Source: Actinomycetota bacterium
GTDB taxonomy: Bacteria > Actinomycetota > UBA4738 > CALAEC01
Direction of reading: 5' to 3'
Length of the DNA stretch: 64,000 bases
Assembly (NCBI GenBank): GCA_050692985.1
Contig: JBOGVZ010000066.1
Coordinates: 9,885-73,884, forward strand
Shown: positions 17,638 through 29,333 of the stretch, piece by piece
Position numbering within the stretch: the first letter of the stretch is position 1
Layout of the letters: every line of letters begins with the position of its first letter
The notes under the pieces: model-generated
Told to the model about the DNA's origin: nothing
Database searches by the model: none
Seen by the model: the letters and a program-made list of their open reading frames with translations, nothing else
Made by a program: the position numbers and the translations under genes

Positions 17638-18978
17638 GTGACCTCGCCCTCCGCCATCTTCAAGGCGTACGACGTTCGGGGGATCTATCCCCATGAGCTC
17701 GATGAGGACGTGAGCCGGCGGATCGGCGCCGCGTTCTCCCGGTTCACCGGAGCTCCAGCCATCGTGGTGGGGCGCGACTGCCGGTCGTCGTCACCGGCGC
17801 TGGCCTCGGCCTTCGCCGAGGGGGTCCTGGCCCGGGGCACCGACGTGGTCGACATCGGGCTGGCCACCACCGACATGCTGTACTTCGCCTCGGGACGGCT
17901 GGACCTGCCGGGGGCCATGTTCACGGCCAGCCACAACCCGCCGCAGTGGAACGGCCTGAAGCTGTGCCGCCAGGGGGCCGCCCCGGTGGGGGAGGACTCG
18001 GGGCTGCTGGAGGTCCGCGACCTGGCCGAGCGGGCGGACGTGGCCCCGTCCGCGGCGGTGGGCCGCCTCCGGTCCGGCGACATGGTCGAGGAGTACATCG
18101 ATCACGTGCTGTCGTTCATCGACGCGGACCGGCTGGCTCCGCTGACCGTGGTGGCCGATGCCGCGAACGGGATGGCCGGGCTGGTCCTGCCGGGGATCTT
18201 CGACAGGCTCCCGGCCAAGCTCGTGGGCCTGTACCTGGAGCTGGACGGGACGTTCCCCAACCACCCGGCGGACCCCATGCAGCCGGAGAACCAGGCCGAC
18301 CTACGCCGGGCGGTCACCGAGCACGGCGCCGACGTGGGGCTGGCCTTCGACGGCGACGCCGACCGGGCCTTCGTGGTGGACGAGCACGCTCAGGGCGTGC
18401 CCCCCTCCCTGATCGTGGCCCTGGTGGCCGAGTCGATGCTCAGGAAGGAGCCGGGGGCCAAGGTCATCCACAACCTGATCACCTCGTGGGTGGTCCCCGA
18501 GGTGGTCCGCGAGCACGGCGGCCGGCCGATCCGGACCCGCGTCGGCCATTCCCTGATCAAGAAGGTGATGGCGGAGACGGGGGCGATCTTCGGTGGGGAG
18601 CATTCGGGACATTACTACTTCCGCGATCACTACCGGGCCGACTCGGGGCTGATCGCCGCCCTGCTGGTGCTGGAGCGGCTCTCGGAGGCGGAGGTGCCGC
18701 TGTCGGAGCTGCTGGAGCCGTACCGCCGGTACCACGCATCCGGCGAGATCAACTCGGAGGTCGAGGACCAGGAGGCCACCATCGGGCGGGTGGCGGCCGC
18801 GTTCGCCGACGGCCGTCAGGACCGCCTCGACGGGCTGACCGTGGAGTACGGCGACTGGTGGTTCAACGTCCGGCCCTCGAACACCGAGCCCCTGCTCCGG
18901 CTGAACGTCGAGGCCCGGTCCGACGCGCTGCTCGAGGAGAAGACCGCCGAGGTCCTGTCCGTGATCCGGGGAGGGTAG
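17638..18978 (+). CDS. pmmA: Phosphomannomutase/phosphoglucomutase
   Basis: IFKAYDVRGIYP..., active-site TASHNPPQWNGLK, and the Mg loop FDGDADR. 446 aa. Confidence 0.9.
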   Translation: MTSPSAIFKAYDVRGIYPHELDEDVSRRIGAAFSRFTGAPAIVVGRDCRSSSPALASAFAEGVLARGTDVVDIGLATTDMLYFASGRLDLPGAMFTASHNPPQWNGLKLCRQGAAPVGEDSGLLEVRDLAERADVAPSAAVGRLRSGDMVEEYIDHVLSFIDADRLAPLTVVADAANGMAGLVLPGIFDRLPAKLVGLYLELDGTFPNHPADPMQPENQADLRRAVTEHGADVGLAFDGDADRAFVVDEHAQGVPPSLIVALVAESMLRKEPGAKVIHNLITSWVVPEVVREHGGRPIRTRVGHSLIKKVMAETGAIFGGEHSGHYYFRDHYRADSGLIAALLVLERLSEAEVPLSELLEPYRRYHASGEINSEVEDQEATIGRVAAAFADGRQDRLDGLTVEYGDWWFNVRPSNTEPLLRLNVEARSDALLEEKTAEVLSVIRGG

Positions 18979-19152
18979 ATGGCTGTCGACAGGGAGTTGC
19001 TGGAGATCCTGGCCTGCCCCAACTGCCGGGGCGCCGTGGAGTACCGGGAGGACGAGAACGTCATCGAGTGCGTGGGGGAGTGCCGGTACCGGTACCCGGT
19101 CCGCGACGACATCCCGGTGATGCTGATCGAGGAAGCCACCAAGCCGGAGTGA
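18979..19152 (+). CDS. Trm112-family small zinc-ribbon protein (DUF343)
   Basis: This 57-aa ORF is not in the supplied track: MAVDRELLEILACPNCRGAVEYREDENVIECVGECRYRYPVRDDIPVMLIEEATKPE. ATG 18979 directly follows the pmm stop. Its own stop overlaps the next GTG. Confidence 0.75.
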   Translation: MAVDRELLEILACPNCRGAVEYREDENVIECVGECRYRYPVRDDIPVMLIEEATKPE

Positions 19153-20213
19153 CGGTCGCGATCGACGACGAGCGTCTCCTCCGCGCCGGCGACCCTTCGG
19201 GGATGCTCGACGCGTTCGCCTCCATCGGGACGGCGCTGGAGCGGTCCTACGGCTCGGCCCGCGACGGTACGGTTCCCCCCGTCCGCGATGCCCGGTCGGT
19301 GACGTTCTGCGCCATGGGCGGGTCCGCGGCGGCAGGGGACCTGGTGGCCGCGGCGTTCGCTCACCGGGTGGGCGTGCCGATGCTGACCCACCGGGGCCAC
19401 GACGTTCCGCTCTCGTACGGGCCGAACGATGTGGTGGTGTGCGTGTCGTACTCCGGCGATACCGAGGAGACCGTGTCGGCCCACGACTCGGCCGTTGCCC
19501 GAGGGTGCCCGGTGGTGGCGGTGTGCGGCGGCGGCCTCCTGGCGGAGCGAGCGGACGCCTCGGGGACTCCCGTGGTGCCCATCCCGGTGGACGCTCCCGT
19601 ACCCCGCGCCGGCCTGGGGACCCTGGTCGGCGGGGTGGTGGGGACGCTGGTTGCCGCCGAGCTCCTGGCGTCCCCGGACGAAGACGTGGCCTCCGCCGGC
19701 GCCACGCTGGCCTCGCTGGCCGATGAGCTGTCCCCGGGCGTACCGGCGGATCGGAACGAGGCCAAGGCCGTGGCCGCCTGGGTGGGCGACCGGGTCCCGG
19801 TGGTGTGGGGGTCGGAGGGCGTCAGCGCCCCCGCGGCCCTGCGGTGGAAGGCGGCGTTCAACGAGAACGCCGAGGTCCCCGCGTTCCGTGGCGTCCTCCC
19901 CGAGCTCAGCCACCACGAGATCGTGGGGTGGACCCGGGGGCATGGATCGCCCTTCTGCCTGCTCGTCCTGCGAGAGCCGGGCGAGCATGCCACCGTGCCC
20001 CGCAGGCTGGAGGCGACGCTGGCCGAGGTGGAGGGCTCGGGGCTCAGGTGGCGCGAGGTGTGGGCCCGGGGCGAGGAGCCGCTGGCCCGGGGCCTCTCGC
20101 TGGCGCTCGTCGGCGACCTGGCCGCCACGTACCACGCCCTGTCCCGGGGCGTCGACCCCGCGGCCATGGACGCCCTGGTCCGGGTGAAGGAACGGCTGGG
20201 CCGGGGGACGTGA
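19149..20213 (+). CDS. SIS-domain bifunctional phosphoglucose/phosphomannose isomerase-like protein
   Basis: GTG 19149 (GTGA overlap). ...FCAMGGSAAAGDL...VVVCVSYSGDTEET... (SIS domain) plus a C-terminal PGI/PMI-type domain. It has the Rv3256c-like position after pmm. Confidence 0.8.
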   Translation: MTVAIDDERLLRAGDPSGMLDAFASIGTALERSYGSARDGTVPPVRDARSVTFCAMGGSAAAGDLVAAAFAHRVGVPMLTHRGHDVPLSYGPNDVVVCVSYSGDTEETVSAHDSAVARGCPVVAVCGGGLLAERADASGTPVVPIPVDAPVPRAGLGTLVGGVVGTLVAAELLASPDEDVASAGATLASLADELSPGVPADRNEAKAVAAWVGDRVPVVWGSEGVSAPAALRWKAAFNENAEVPAFRGVLPELSHHEIVGWTRGHGSPFCLLVLREPGEHATVPRRLEATLAEVEGSGLRWREVWARGEEPLARGLSLALVGDLAATYHALSRGVDPAAMDALVRVKERLGRGT

Positions 20214-21034
20214 TGGCCGCGCTGCCCGGGCCCGGTGATACCTACGCGGAGGAGGGCGCCGCCCTGGTCCGGGGCTCCACCGAGGTTCGTCCCCGGGCGG
20301 CCGTCGTCCTGGGTTCGGGGCTCTCCGAGGCGGTGGCCGGCATGGACGTCGACGTGGAGTTCCCCTATCCATCCCTGGCGGGGTTCCCGGCGCCGACCGT
20401 GCCCGGGCACGTGGGCCGCCTCCGGATCGGCACCCTGGCCGGGGTGCCCGTGGCCGCGTTCATGGGTCGGGTCCACTTCTACGAAGGTCATCCGATGAGC
20501 GTGGGGACGCTGCCGGCCCGGCTGGCCGCGGCCCTGGGGGCGGAGGCCCTGGTGATCACGGCGTCCGTGGGGGCGGTGGACCCGGCGCTGGAGCCGGGGA
20601 TGATGGTAGTGGCCTCCGATCACCTCAACCTGATGGGGGAGAACGCCCTCCGAGGGTGGCGCGACGCGGAAGGGCGCCCGGCCTTCGCCGACCTCAGCCG
20701 GGTGTACGATCCCGGCCTGTCCCGGATCGCGGTCCAGGCCGCCGAGGAGGCCGAGGTCGGCGTGGCCCGGGGGGTGTACGCGGCCATGCCCGGCCCGGCG
20801 TTCGAGACGCCGGCGGAGATCGAGTTCCTCCGCACGGCGGGGGCCACGGTCGTGGGGATGTCGGTGGTCCCCGAGGCCACCGCGGGAGCGGCGCTCGGAC
20901 TGCGGAACGTGGGACTGTTCTGCGTGACGAACAAGACCGGCGCCGGCGTGGACCACCTGGAGGTGCTCGAGGTGGCCCAGCGGTTCGCCCCCGGCCTGGG
21001 GCGGATCGTGGAGCGGGTGCTCGGCGCCCTGTGA
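20213..21034 (+). CDS. punA: Purine nucleoside phosphorylase (trimeric PunA type)
   Basis: ATG 20213 overlaps the upstream TGA. Motifs ...VVLGSGL...GHVGRL...HFYEGH...[26 protein letters not shown]... are present. Confidence 0.85.
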   Translation: MAALPGPGDTYAEEGAALVRGSTEVRPRAAVVLGSGLSEAVAGMDVDVEFPYPSLAGFPAPTVPGHVGRLRIGTLAGVPVAAFMGRVHFYEGHPMSVGTLPARLAAALGAEALVITASVGAVDPALEPGMMVVASDHLNLMGENALRGWRDAEGRPAFADLSRVYDPGLSRIAVQAAEEAEVGVARGVYAAMPGPAFETPAEIEFLRTAGATVVGMSVVPEATAGAALGLRNVGLFCVTNKTGAGVDHLEVLEVAQRFAPGLGRIVERVLGAL

Positions 21035-21044
21035 GAGGAGAGCG

Positions 21045-22301
21045 ATGGACTGCGACGTGAAGGACCTCGGGCTCGTGGACAAGGGCCGGGACCGCATCGA
21101 GTGGGCGGCAGGGGAGATGCGGGTGCTGGCCCTGATCAGGGAGCGCTTCGAGAAGGAGCGTCCCCTCCAGGGGCTGCGGATCGGAGCCTGCCTGCACGTG
21201 ACCACGGAGACCGCCAACCTGCTGACGACGCTTCAGGCCGGAGGGGCCCAGGTGGCCGTGTGCGCCTCCAACCCGCTGTCGACCCAGGACGACGTGGCCG
21301 CGGCGCTGTGCGAGCAGGACGGCATCAACGCCTACGCGATCCGCGGTGAGGACGACGAGACCTACTATCGCCACATCCGCTCGGTGCTCGACCACCACCC
21401 CCACATCACGCTGGACGACGGCGCCGACCTGGTGTCGACCCTCCACCGGGAGCGGCCCGAGCAGCTCCCGGAGCTGATCGGGGGGACCGAGGAGACGACC
21501 ACGGGGGTCATCCGCCTGCGCGCCATGGCCGAGAAGGGCGTGCTCGGGTACCCGATCGTGGCCGTCAACGACGCCAAGACCAAGCACCTGTTCGACAACC
21601 GGTTCGGGACGGGCCAGTCGACGATCGACGGCATCATCCGGGCCACGAACCTGCTGTTGGCCGGCCGGGTCGTCGTGGTGTGCGGCTACGGCCAGTGCGG
21701 CCGCGGGATCGCCTCGCGGGCCCGGGGTCTCGGTGCCCAGGTCGTGGTGACCGAGGTGTCCCCGCTCGCGGCCCTGGAGGCGGCCATGGAGGGGTACCGG
21801 GTGATGCCGATCCGCGACGCCGCGCGGGTGGGCGACGTGTTCGTCACGGTCACCGGGGACACCTCGGTGATCCGCCGGGAGCACCTGGAGGCGATGAAGG
21901 ACGGGGCGGTGCTGGCCAACTCCGGGCATTTCGACGTGGAGATCGACAAGGGGGCCCTGGAGGAGCTGTCGGTCGCCCGCCGGCGCCTCCGGGACTCCGT
22001 CGACGAGTACCGCATGCCGGACGGGCGGCGCCTCCACCTCCTGGCGGAAGGGCGGCTGGTGAACCTGGCGGCGGCCGAAGGCCACCCGGCCGCGGTGATG
22101 GACATGTCGTTCGCCAACCAGGCCCTGTCGGTGGAGTGGATCGCCGGGCGGAGGGGGACGCTGGAGGCGGCCGTCTACCCCGTGCCGGAGGAGATCGACG
22201 CCGACGTGGCCCGGCTGAAGCTGCAGACGATGGGCGTCGAGATCGACGCGCTCACGCCCGAGCAGGAGGCCTACCTGCGGTCGTGGGAGCTGGGGACCTG
22301 A
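21045..22301 (+). CDS. ahcY: Adenosylhomocysteinase
   Basis: 418 aa with ...[12 protein letters not shown]...[10 protein letters not shown]..., the NAD motif [12 protein letters not shown], and the ending ...[13 protein letters not shown]. Confidence 0.95.
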   Translation: MDCDVKDLGLVDKGRDRIEWAAGEMRVLALIRERFEKERPLQGLRIGACLHVTTETANLLTTLQAGGAQVAVCASNPLSTQDDVAAALCEQDGINAYAIRGEDDETYYRHIRSVLDHHPHITLDDGADLVSTLHRERPEQLPELIGGTEETTTGVIRLRAMAEKGVLGYPIVAVNDAKTKHLFDNRFGTGQSTIDGIIRATNLLLAGRVVVVCGYGQCGRGIASRARGLGAQVVVTEVSPLAALEAAMEGYRVMPIRDAARVGDVFVTVTGDTSVIRREHLEAMKDGAVLANSGHFDVEIDKGALEELSVARRRLRDSVDEYRMPDGRRLHLLAEGRLVNLAAAEGHPAAVMDMSFANQALSVEWIAGRRGTLEAAVYPVPEEIDADVARLKLQTMGVEIDALTPEQEAYLRSWELGT

Positions 22302-22345
22302 GCGGGGCGACGGAGGCCGGGTCCGCTCCGGTCTCCGTCGGCGTC

Positions 22346-23005
22346 GTGTTCGAGCGGTTCCCGGCCTCGATCCGCGGCGCGGTCGTGGTCCGGGGCACCG
22401 ACCCCGACCCGCACCAGGTGGAGCTGGTGGGGGCCTGGGTGGCCGAGGCCCATGCGTGGTCCCGGCCCGTCCACGGCGTGGCCATCGACCCGGTGACGGT
22501 CGACATGGCCCCCCGCTCGGAGGTGCTGATCCCGTTCGACGTCCCGCTGGCGGGGATGGGCCCCGGCTGGTACGTGGCGGCGGCCGAGGTCGAGGTGGAC
22601 GGGAAGGGCCGCGTCCGGGGGCCGGAGGACGGGAAGCGGTTCCTGGTGCCCTGGCCGGGCGACCAGGTCCGCAAGGGCCTCGTGCCGGCCGACCTCACGA
22701 TCCGGGTCCCCGGGAGCGACGGGGCGGTGGTGGAGCGCCTCGAGTGCAAGGGCGATCGAGCGATCGTGCGGTGGCGACACGCCGCCGGTGAGGAGGCCGA
22801 GTTCGGCGACCTGCGGGTGGCGGCGGGGAGCAGGCGGCTCCCGGAGCTCGAGGCCTCACACGACGCGGCCACGGGCGCCCGGGTCACGGTGGTGTATCCG
22901 ATCCTCAAGGCCCACCGCCGACTCACGTTCGAGCTGGACCGCCGCCGGCGGCCCGACAAGCCGCCCCAGCGCGGCAAGTGGTCCGCCACCCTCGACCTCG
23001 ACTGA
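22346..23005 (+). CDS. Hypothetical protein (predicted beta-rich, two-domain)
   Basis: Reads like a coding frame after the ahcY stop. I recognise no motif. The start is uncertain (GTG 22346, or CTG 22298 overlapping the ahcY stop). Confidence 0.45.
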   Translation: MFERFPASIRGAVVVRGTDPDPHQVELVGAWVAEAHAWSRPVHGVAIDPVTVDMAPRSEVLIPFDVPLAGMGPGWYVAAAEVEVDGKGRVRGPEDGKRFLVPWPGDQVRKGLVPADLTIRVPGSDGAVVERLECKGDRAIVRWRHAAGEEAEFGDLRVAAGSRRLPELEASHDAATGARVTVVYPILKAHRRLTFELDRRRRPDKPPQRGKWSATLDLD

Positions 23006-23067
23006 CGACCACGGCGAGCCCGCGCCCCCGTCTCGATGTCGGTGGGGGGTCGTAACGTCGGGCCGGG

Positions 23068-23799
23068 ATGGGGAAGCTGCTCGACCTGGTGCTGCCGCCC
23101 CGCTGCGCCTCGTGCGGACGCGACGGCTGGCCGCTGTGTCCCGCCTGCACGGCCGAGGTGGCGGTCATCACACCCCCCTTGTGCCGGCGGTGCGGCCGGC
23201 CGGTCGAGGAGCCGCTCTCCGCGTGCGCGGACTGTCCGCCGCGCTCGATCGATGCGGCCCGGGCCCCGTTCCTGTACGAGGGGCCGGTGGCCCGGGCCAT
23301 CCGCGGCATGAAGTTCTCCGGGTGGCACGCCCTGCGCCGGCACCTGGCCGGCGCCATGGCCGAGGTCTTCGACCTGGAAGCCGACGTCGTCACGTGGGTC
23401 CCGCTGTCCCGCCGCCGGCGGGGCCGGAGGGGGTTCGACCAGTCGGAGGTCCTGGCCCGGGGGGTGGCCCCGCTCCTGGGCCTCCCGGCGATCCGCCTGC
23501 TGCGGCGCACCCGCGACACTCCCGCGCAGGCCCGGCGTTCGGGGCGGGATCGCCGGTCGTCGTTGCGGGGCGCGTTCGTGGCCGCCGGACCCTCGCCTCC
23601 CCGCGTGCTCCTCGTGGATGACGTCCTGACCACCGGCGCCACCGCCTCGGCGTGCGCCGCCGTCCTGCGGCGGGCCGGGGCCCGAAGGGTGATGGTGCTG
23701 GTGGGGGCTCGGTCGATCGGCGGTCCGGTCCCCGCGCGGTGCCGGCCCGGTGACCGCGCAGGCGGCCACGGTCTGGATGGAGGGCCGGTGGGCGGCTAG
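23068..23799 (+). CDS. comF: ComF-family phosphoribosyltransferase-domain protein
   Basis: N-terminal double CxxC (PPRCASCGRDGWPLCPACT...CRRCGRP...CADC) and the PRTase motif VLLVDDVLTTGAT. Confidence 0.85.
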   Translation: MGKLLDLVLPPRCASCGRDGWPLCPACTAEVAVITPPLCRRCGRPVEEPLSACADCPPRSIDAARAPFLYEGPVARAIRGMKFSGWHALRRHLAGAMAEVFDLEADVVTWVPLSRRRRGRRGFDQSEVLARGVAPLLGLPAIRLLRRTRDTPAQARRSGRDRRSSLRGAFVAAGPSPPRVLLVDDVLTTGATASACAAVLRRAGARRVMVLVGARSIGGPVPARCRPGDRAGGHGLDGGPVGG

Positions 23800-23819
23800 G
23801 ATGGATGTGGGCTCGCGCC

Positions 23820-24120
23820 TGGGTCTGTGGTTGCCCGGAGGAATGTCCTCCGGAAGTCGATGCCAGTCGCAGGCGAAACGACCCACGTAAGGCGACCGTT
23901 GGTTGCTGAGCATGGTGCGGCTTAGACGTAAGTCCTGCCGCGGCGGGGCCGGGCTACCCCGGCCCCGACCGAGAGAAGGTGCTAAGCCGTCCTTGGGACG
24001 GCGAACCCCTCAGCAGGCGAGTGTGGGGGCAAAGACCAGGTCAGCCAGGCGCGAGCCCATCTCCGCCGGCCCGTCGCCGCCCGGCGGCCCCGTGGGGCCC
24101 CGGCTCTCGGGTCCCCTCCC
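23820..24120 (+). ncRNA. Candidate structured ncRNA in the comF-hpf spacer (raiA-motif-like); boundaries approximate
   Basis: The 345-nt gap has no credible ORF. It contains several perfect hairpins (23835-23853, 23945-23966, 23986-24002 and two more before 24110). Its position matches what I recall for the raiA motif RNA. Confidence 0.4.
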
Positions 24121-24144
24121 GGCCATCCGACGGAAGGAGCCTGC

Positions 24145-24495
24145 ATGGACCTCGTGGTGAAGGGCAGGGGAGACCGCGTGTCCGGCCAGACCCGAGGGCG
24201 GGTCGAACGCAAGCTGGGACGGCTCTCCAGGCTCGACAGGCGCATCGCCCGGGTGGAGGTCGAGGTGATCCGCCAGCCCAGCCGACGCGTGGACGGTGGC
24301 CACCGCGTGGAGGCCTCCTGCCGCTCCTCCCGGCGGACGTTCCGGGCCTCGGCCACCGGCGCGGACGTCGACTCGGCCCTGGACCGGGTGGTCGAGCGCC
24401 TGGAGCGCCAGATCGCGCGGGAGCAAGACCGGAGGCGAAGCAGGATGCTGGATGGCGCGAACCGGATAAAATCGCGCCGACATGAACCCTCCTGA
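24145..24495 (+). CDS. hpf: Ribosome hibernation promoting factor / RaiA family (short form)
   Basis: GGAAGGAG ribosome-binding site, then MDLVVKGRGDRVSGQTRGRVERKLGRLSRL...VEVEV...: S30AE-type fold pattern. It has the comF-hpf-secA synteny seen at Rv3242c-Rv3240c. Confidence 0.85.
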   Translation: MDLVVKGRGDRVSGQTRGRVERKLGRLSRLDRRIARVEVEVIRQPSRRVDGGHRVEASCRSSRRTFRASATGADVDSALDRVVERLERQIAREQDRRRSRMLDGANRIKSRRHEPS

Positions 24496-24537
24496 CGCCA
24501 CCGCCCCCTCGGGCCCCCGGCGAGGGGGGCCCTGACC

Positions 24538-25227
24538 GTGGCCACCAAGAAGGATCGTCCCGCCTCGGACACCCTGCGCGTGCTGATCGCCGACGACCAT
24601 GCCCTGTTCCGGCGCGGCCTGGAGATGGTGCTGGAGAAGGAGCCGGACATCGAGGTCGTCGGCGAGGCCATCGATGGGGACCACGCGGTGGAGAAGGCCC
24701 AGGAGCTCATGCCCGACGTGGTCCTCATGGACGTCCGGATGCCCAAGAACAGCGGGATCGAGGCCACCCAGCGGATCAAGGAGCTCCTCCCGCACGTGAA
24801 GATCATGATGCTGACGATCAGCGACGAGGAGGCCGATCTCTACGAGTCGATCAAGGCCGGCGCTTCCGGGTACCTGCTGAAGGAGATCTCCACCGAAGAG
24901 GTGGCGGAAGCGATCCGATCGATCGTGGCCGGGCACTCCCGCATCTCCCCGGCCATGGCCTCCAAGCTGCTCACCGAGTTCGCGGCCATGACGAAGCGCA
25001 CGGACGAGCGCCAGGAGCTCCCCCCGCCGCGCCTGACCGACCGGGAGCTCGAGGTGCTGAAGCTGGTGGCCCAGGGTCTGAACAACCGCGACATCGCCAA
25101 GCAGCTCTTCATCTCCGAGAACACCGTGAAGAACCACATCCGCAACATCTTGGAGAAGCTCCAGCTCCACTCCCGGATGGAGGCCGTGATCTACGCGGTC
25201 AGGCAGAACATCCTGGAGATCAAGTAG
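24538..25227 (+). CDS. NarL/LuxR-family response regulator
   Basis: Receiver domain ([12 protein letters not shown]...VVLMDVRMP...) plus a C-terminal LuxR helix-turn-helix ([39 protein letters not shown]). Confidence 0.9.
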   Translation: MATKKDRPASDTLRVLIADDHALFRRGLEMVLEKEPDIEVVGEAIDGDHAVEKAQELMPDVVLMDVRMPKNSGIEATQRIKELLPHVKIMMLTISDEEADLYESIKAGASGYLLKEISTEEVAEAIRSIVAGHSRISPAMASKLLTEFAAMTKRTDERQELPPPRLTDRELEVLKLVAQGLNNRDIAKQLFISENTVKNHIRNILEKLQLHSRMEAVIYAVRQNILEIK

Positions 25228-25507
25228 GCGTCGGCACGCCGCGCGAGCGGGTAGGGGGGGATGGGGTGGGGGGCGTCGGAGCGACCGTATCGGAGGAGCT
25301 CCGCCCGGCGCTGGTGCGCCGCACCACCGTGCCGCCGACCAGGTGGCCGGGCTGGCGGCGGCCGCGGGGGCTTTCGGCGGGGCGTTCCTGCTGGGGGCCA
25401 CCAGCTTCGGGGTGGTGGCGGTGGCGGCCATGGCGGTGCTGGCGATCCCGCTCGCAGTGCTGACGGTGGGCCGGGTCGCGGCCTGGGGGAAACCCGCAAG
25501 GCGCCCG

Positions 25508-25513
25508 TATAAT
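25508..25513 (+). promoter_or_regulatory. Consensus TATAAT -10 box upstream of secA
   Basis: An exact TATAAT in otherwise GC-rich sequence, about 35 nt before the secA start and about 20 nt before a GGAG ribosome-binding site. Confidence 0.35.
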
Positions 25514-25549
25514 CGAGGCCCGGACCACCTCCAGGAGACGACCCCTTTG

Positions 25550-28216
<2,667 letters not shown>

Positions 28217-28219
28217 GCG

Positions 28220-29333
28220 ATGACCGAGCACAGCCCTCGGGTGAAGGACCTGGCCGATCGCCTGGCGAGCGCGAAGGAGTACCTTTGACGTCCCCGGCAA
28301 GCGGGCCCAGCTCGAGGAGCTCGAGCGCCGGCTGTCCCAGCCCGGGGTGTGGGACGACCCCTCGCGCGGGCAGGACCTGACCACCCGCCTGGCCCGCCTC
28401 CGCCAGGAGCTCACTCGCTACGACGACCTGGCCGAGCGCCTGGAAGAGGCCGAGGTCCTCGATCAGCTCCTCGACGAGAGCCCCGACGGCGAGGTGGAAC
28501 GGGAGCTCACCCGGAGCCTCGATCGCCTCGAGGCCGACATGGGAAAGCTGGAGCTGGCCTCGCTGCTGTCCGGGCCGTACGACCAGTACGACGCCGTGGC
28601 CAGCCTCCACGCCGGGGCCGGAGGCACGGAGTCGCAGGACTGGGCGGAGATGCTGCTTCGGATGTACCTCAGGTGGGCCGAGCGGGAGGGACTGGACGTC
28701 GAGCTCGACGAGGTGACCCCGGGCGAGGAGGCCGGGATCAAGAGCGCCACGTTCATGGTCCGGGGGACGAACGCGTACGGCCTCCTGTCCGCGGAGCGGG
28801 GGGTCCACCGCCTGGTGCGGATCTCCCCGTATGACGCCTCCAGCCGGCGGCACACCTCGTTCGCCAGCCTCGACGTGATCCCGCTGCTGCCGGAGGACGA
28901 GGAGGTCGAGCTCGACCCCAAGGACCTCCGGATCGAGACCTATCGGTCCAGCGGGGCGGGGGGCCAGCACGTGAACGTCACCGATTCCGCGGTGCGGATC
29001 ACCCACGTCCCTACCGGGATCACCGCGGCCTGCCAGAACGAGCGCTCGCAGATGCAGAACCGGGCCGTGGCCATGCGGATCCTCAAGGCTCGCCTGGCGG
29101 CGCTGGCCCGCCGTCAGCGAGAGGAGAAGATCGAGAACCTGCGGGGGGAGCGGCGGGACATCGAGTTCGGGTCGCAGATCCGCTCCTACGTCCTGCACCC
29201 GTACCGGATGGTCAAGGACCACCGGACCGACGTGGAGATCGGCAACGTGGACCGCGTTCTGGACGGGGACCTCGACGCGCTCATCGAGGCCGCGCTCCGG
29301 CACCGGGCCACCGGCGACGGCGCCTCGGGCTAG
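28220..29333 (+). CDS. prfB: Peptide chain release factor 2, expressed via a programmed +1 frameshift: join(28220..28285,28287..29333)
   Basis: ORF0 reads MTEHSPRVKDLADRLASAKEYL, then UGA. The +1 frame continues DVPGKRAQLEELERRLSQPGVWDDP... and contains SPYDASSRRHTSF and the GGQ motif (SSGAGGQHVN). Confidence 0.95.
28274..28289 (+). promoter_or_regulatory. RF2 +1 frameshift signal (internal SD-like AAGGAG, then UAC CUU UGA C)
   Basis: aaggagtacctttgac: an SD-like element 3 nt before the CUU UGA C slippery/stop context. This matches the canonical prfB recoding site. Confidence 0.9.

Noticed and set aside
23820-24120. SRP RNA or RNase P RNA in the comF-hpf spacer
   Set aside because: Only partial look-alikes are present: GGUGCUAAGCC, ACCAGGUCAG, GGAGGAAUGUCC, CGGCUUAG. 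The SRP GGAA-tetraloop/AGCA core and the RNase P GAGGAAAGUCCGGGC and ACAGAA.CCGGCUUA P4 strands are absent.
23903-24160. 85-aa ORF inside the comF-hpf spacer
   Set aside because: It is Arg/Pro/Gly-rich with no ribosome-binding site, runs into the hpf start, and coincides with the hairpin-dense region, which is better explained as RNA.
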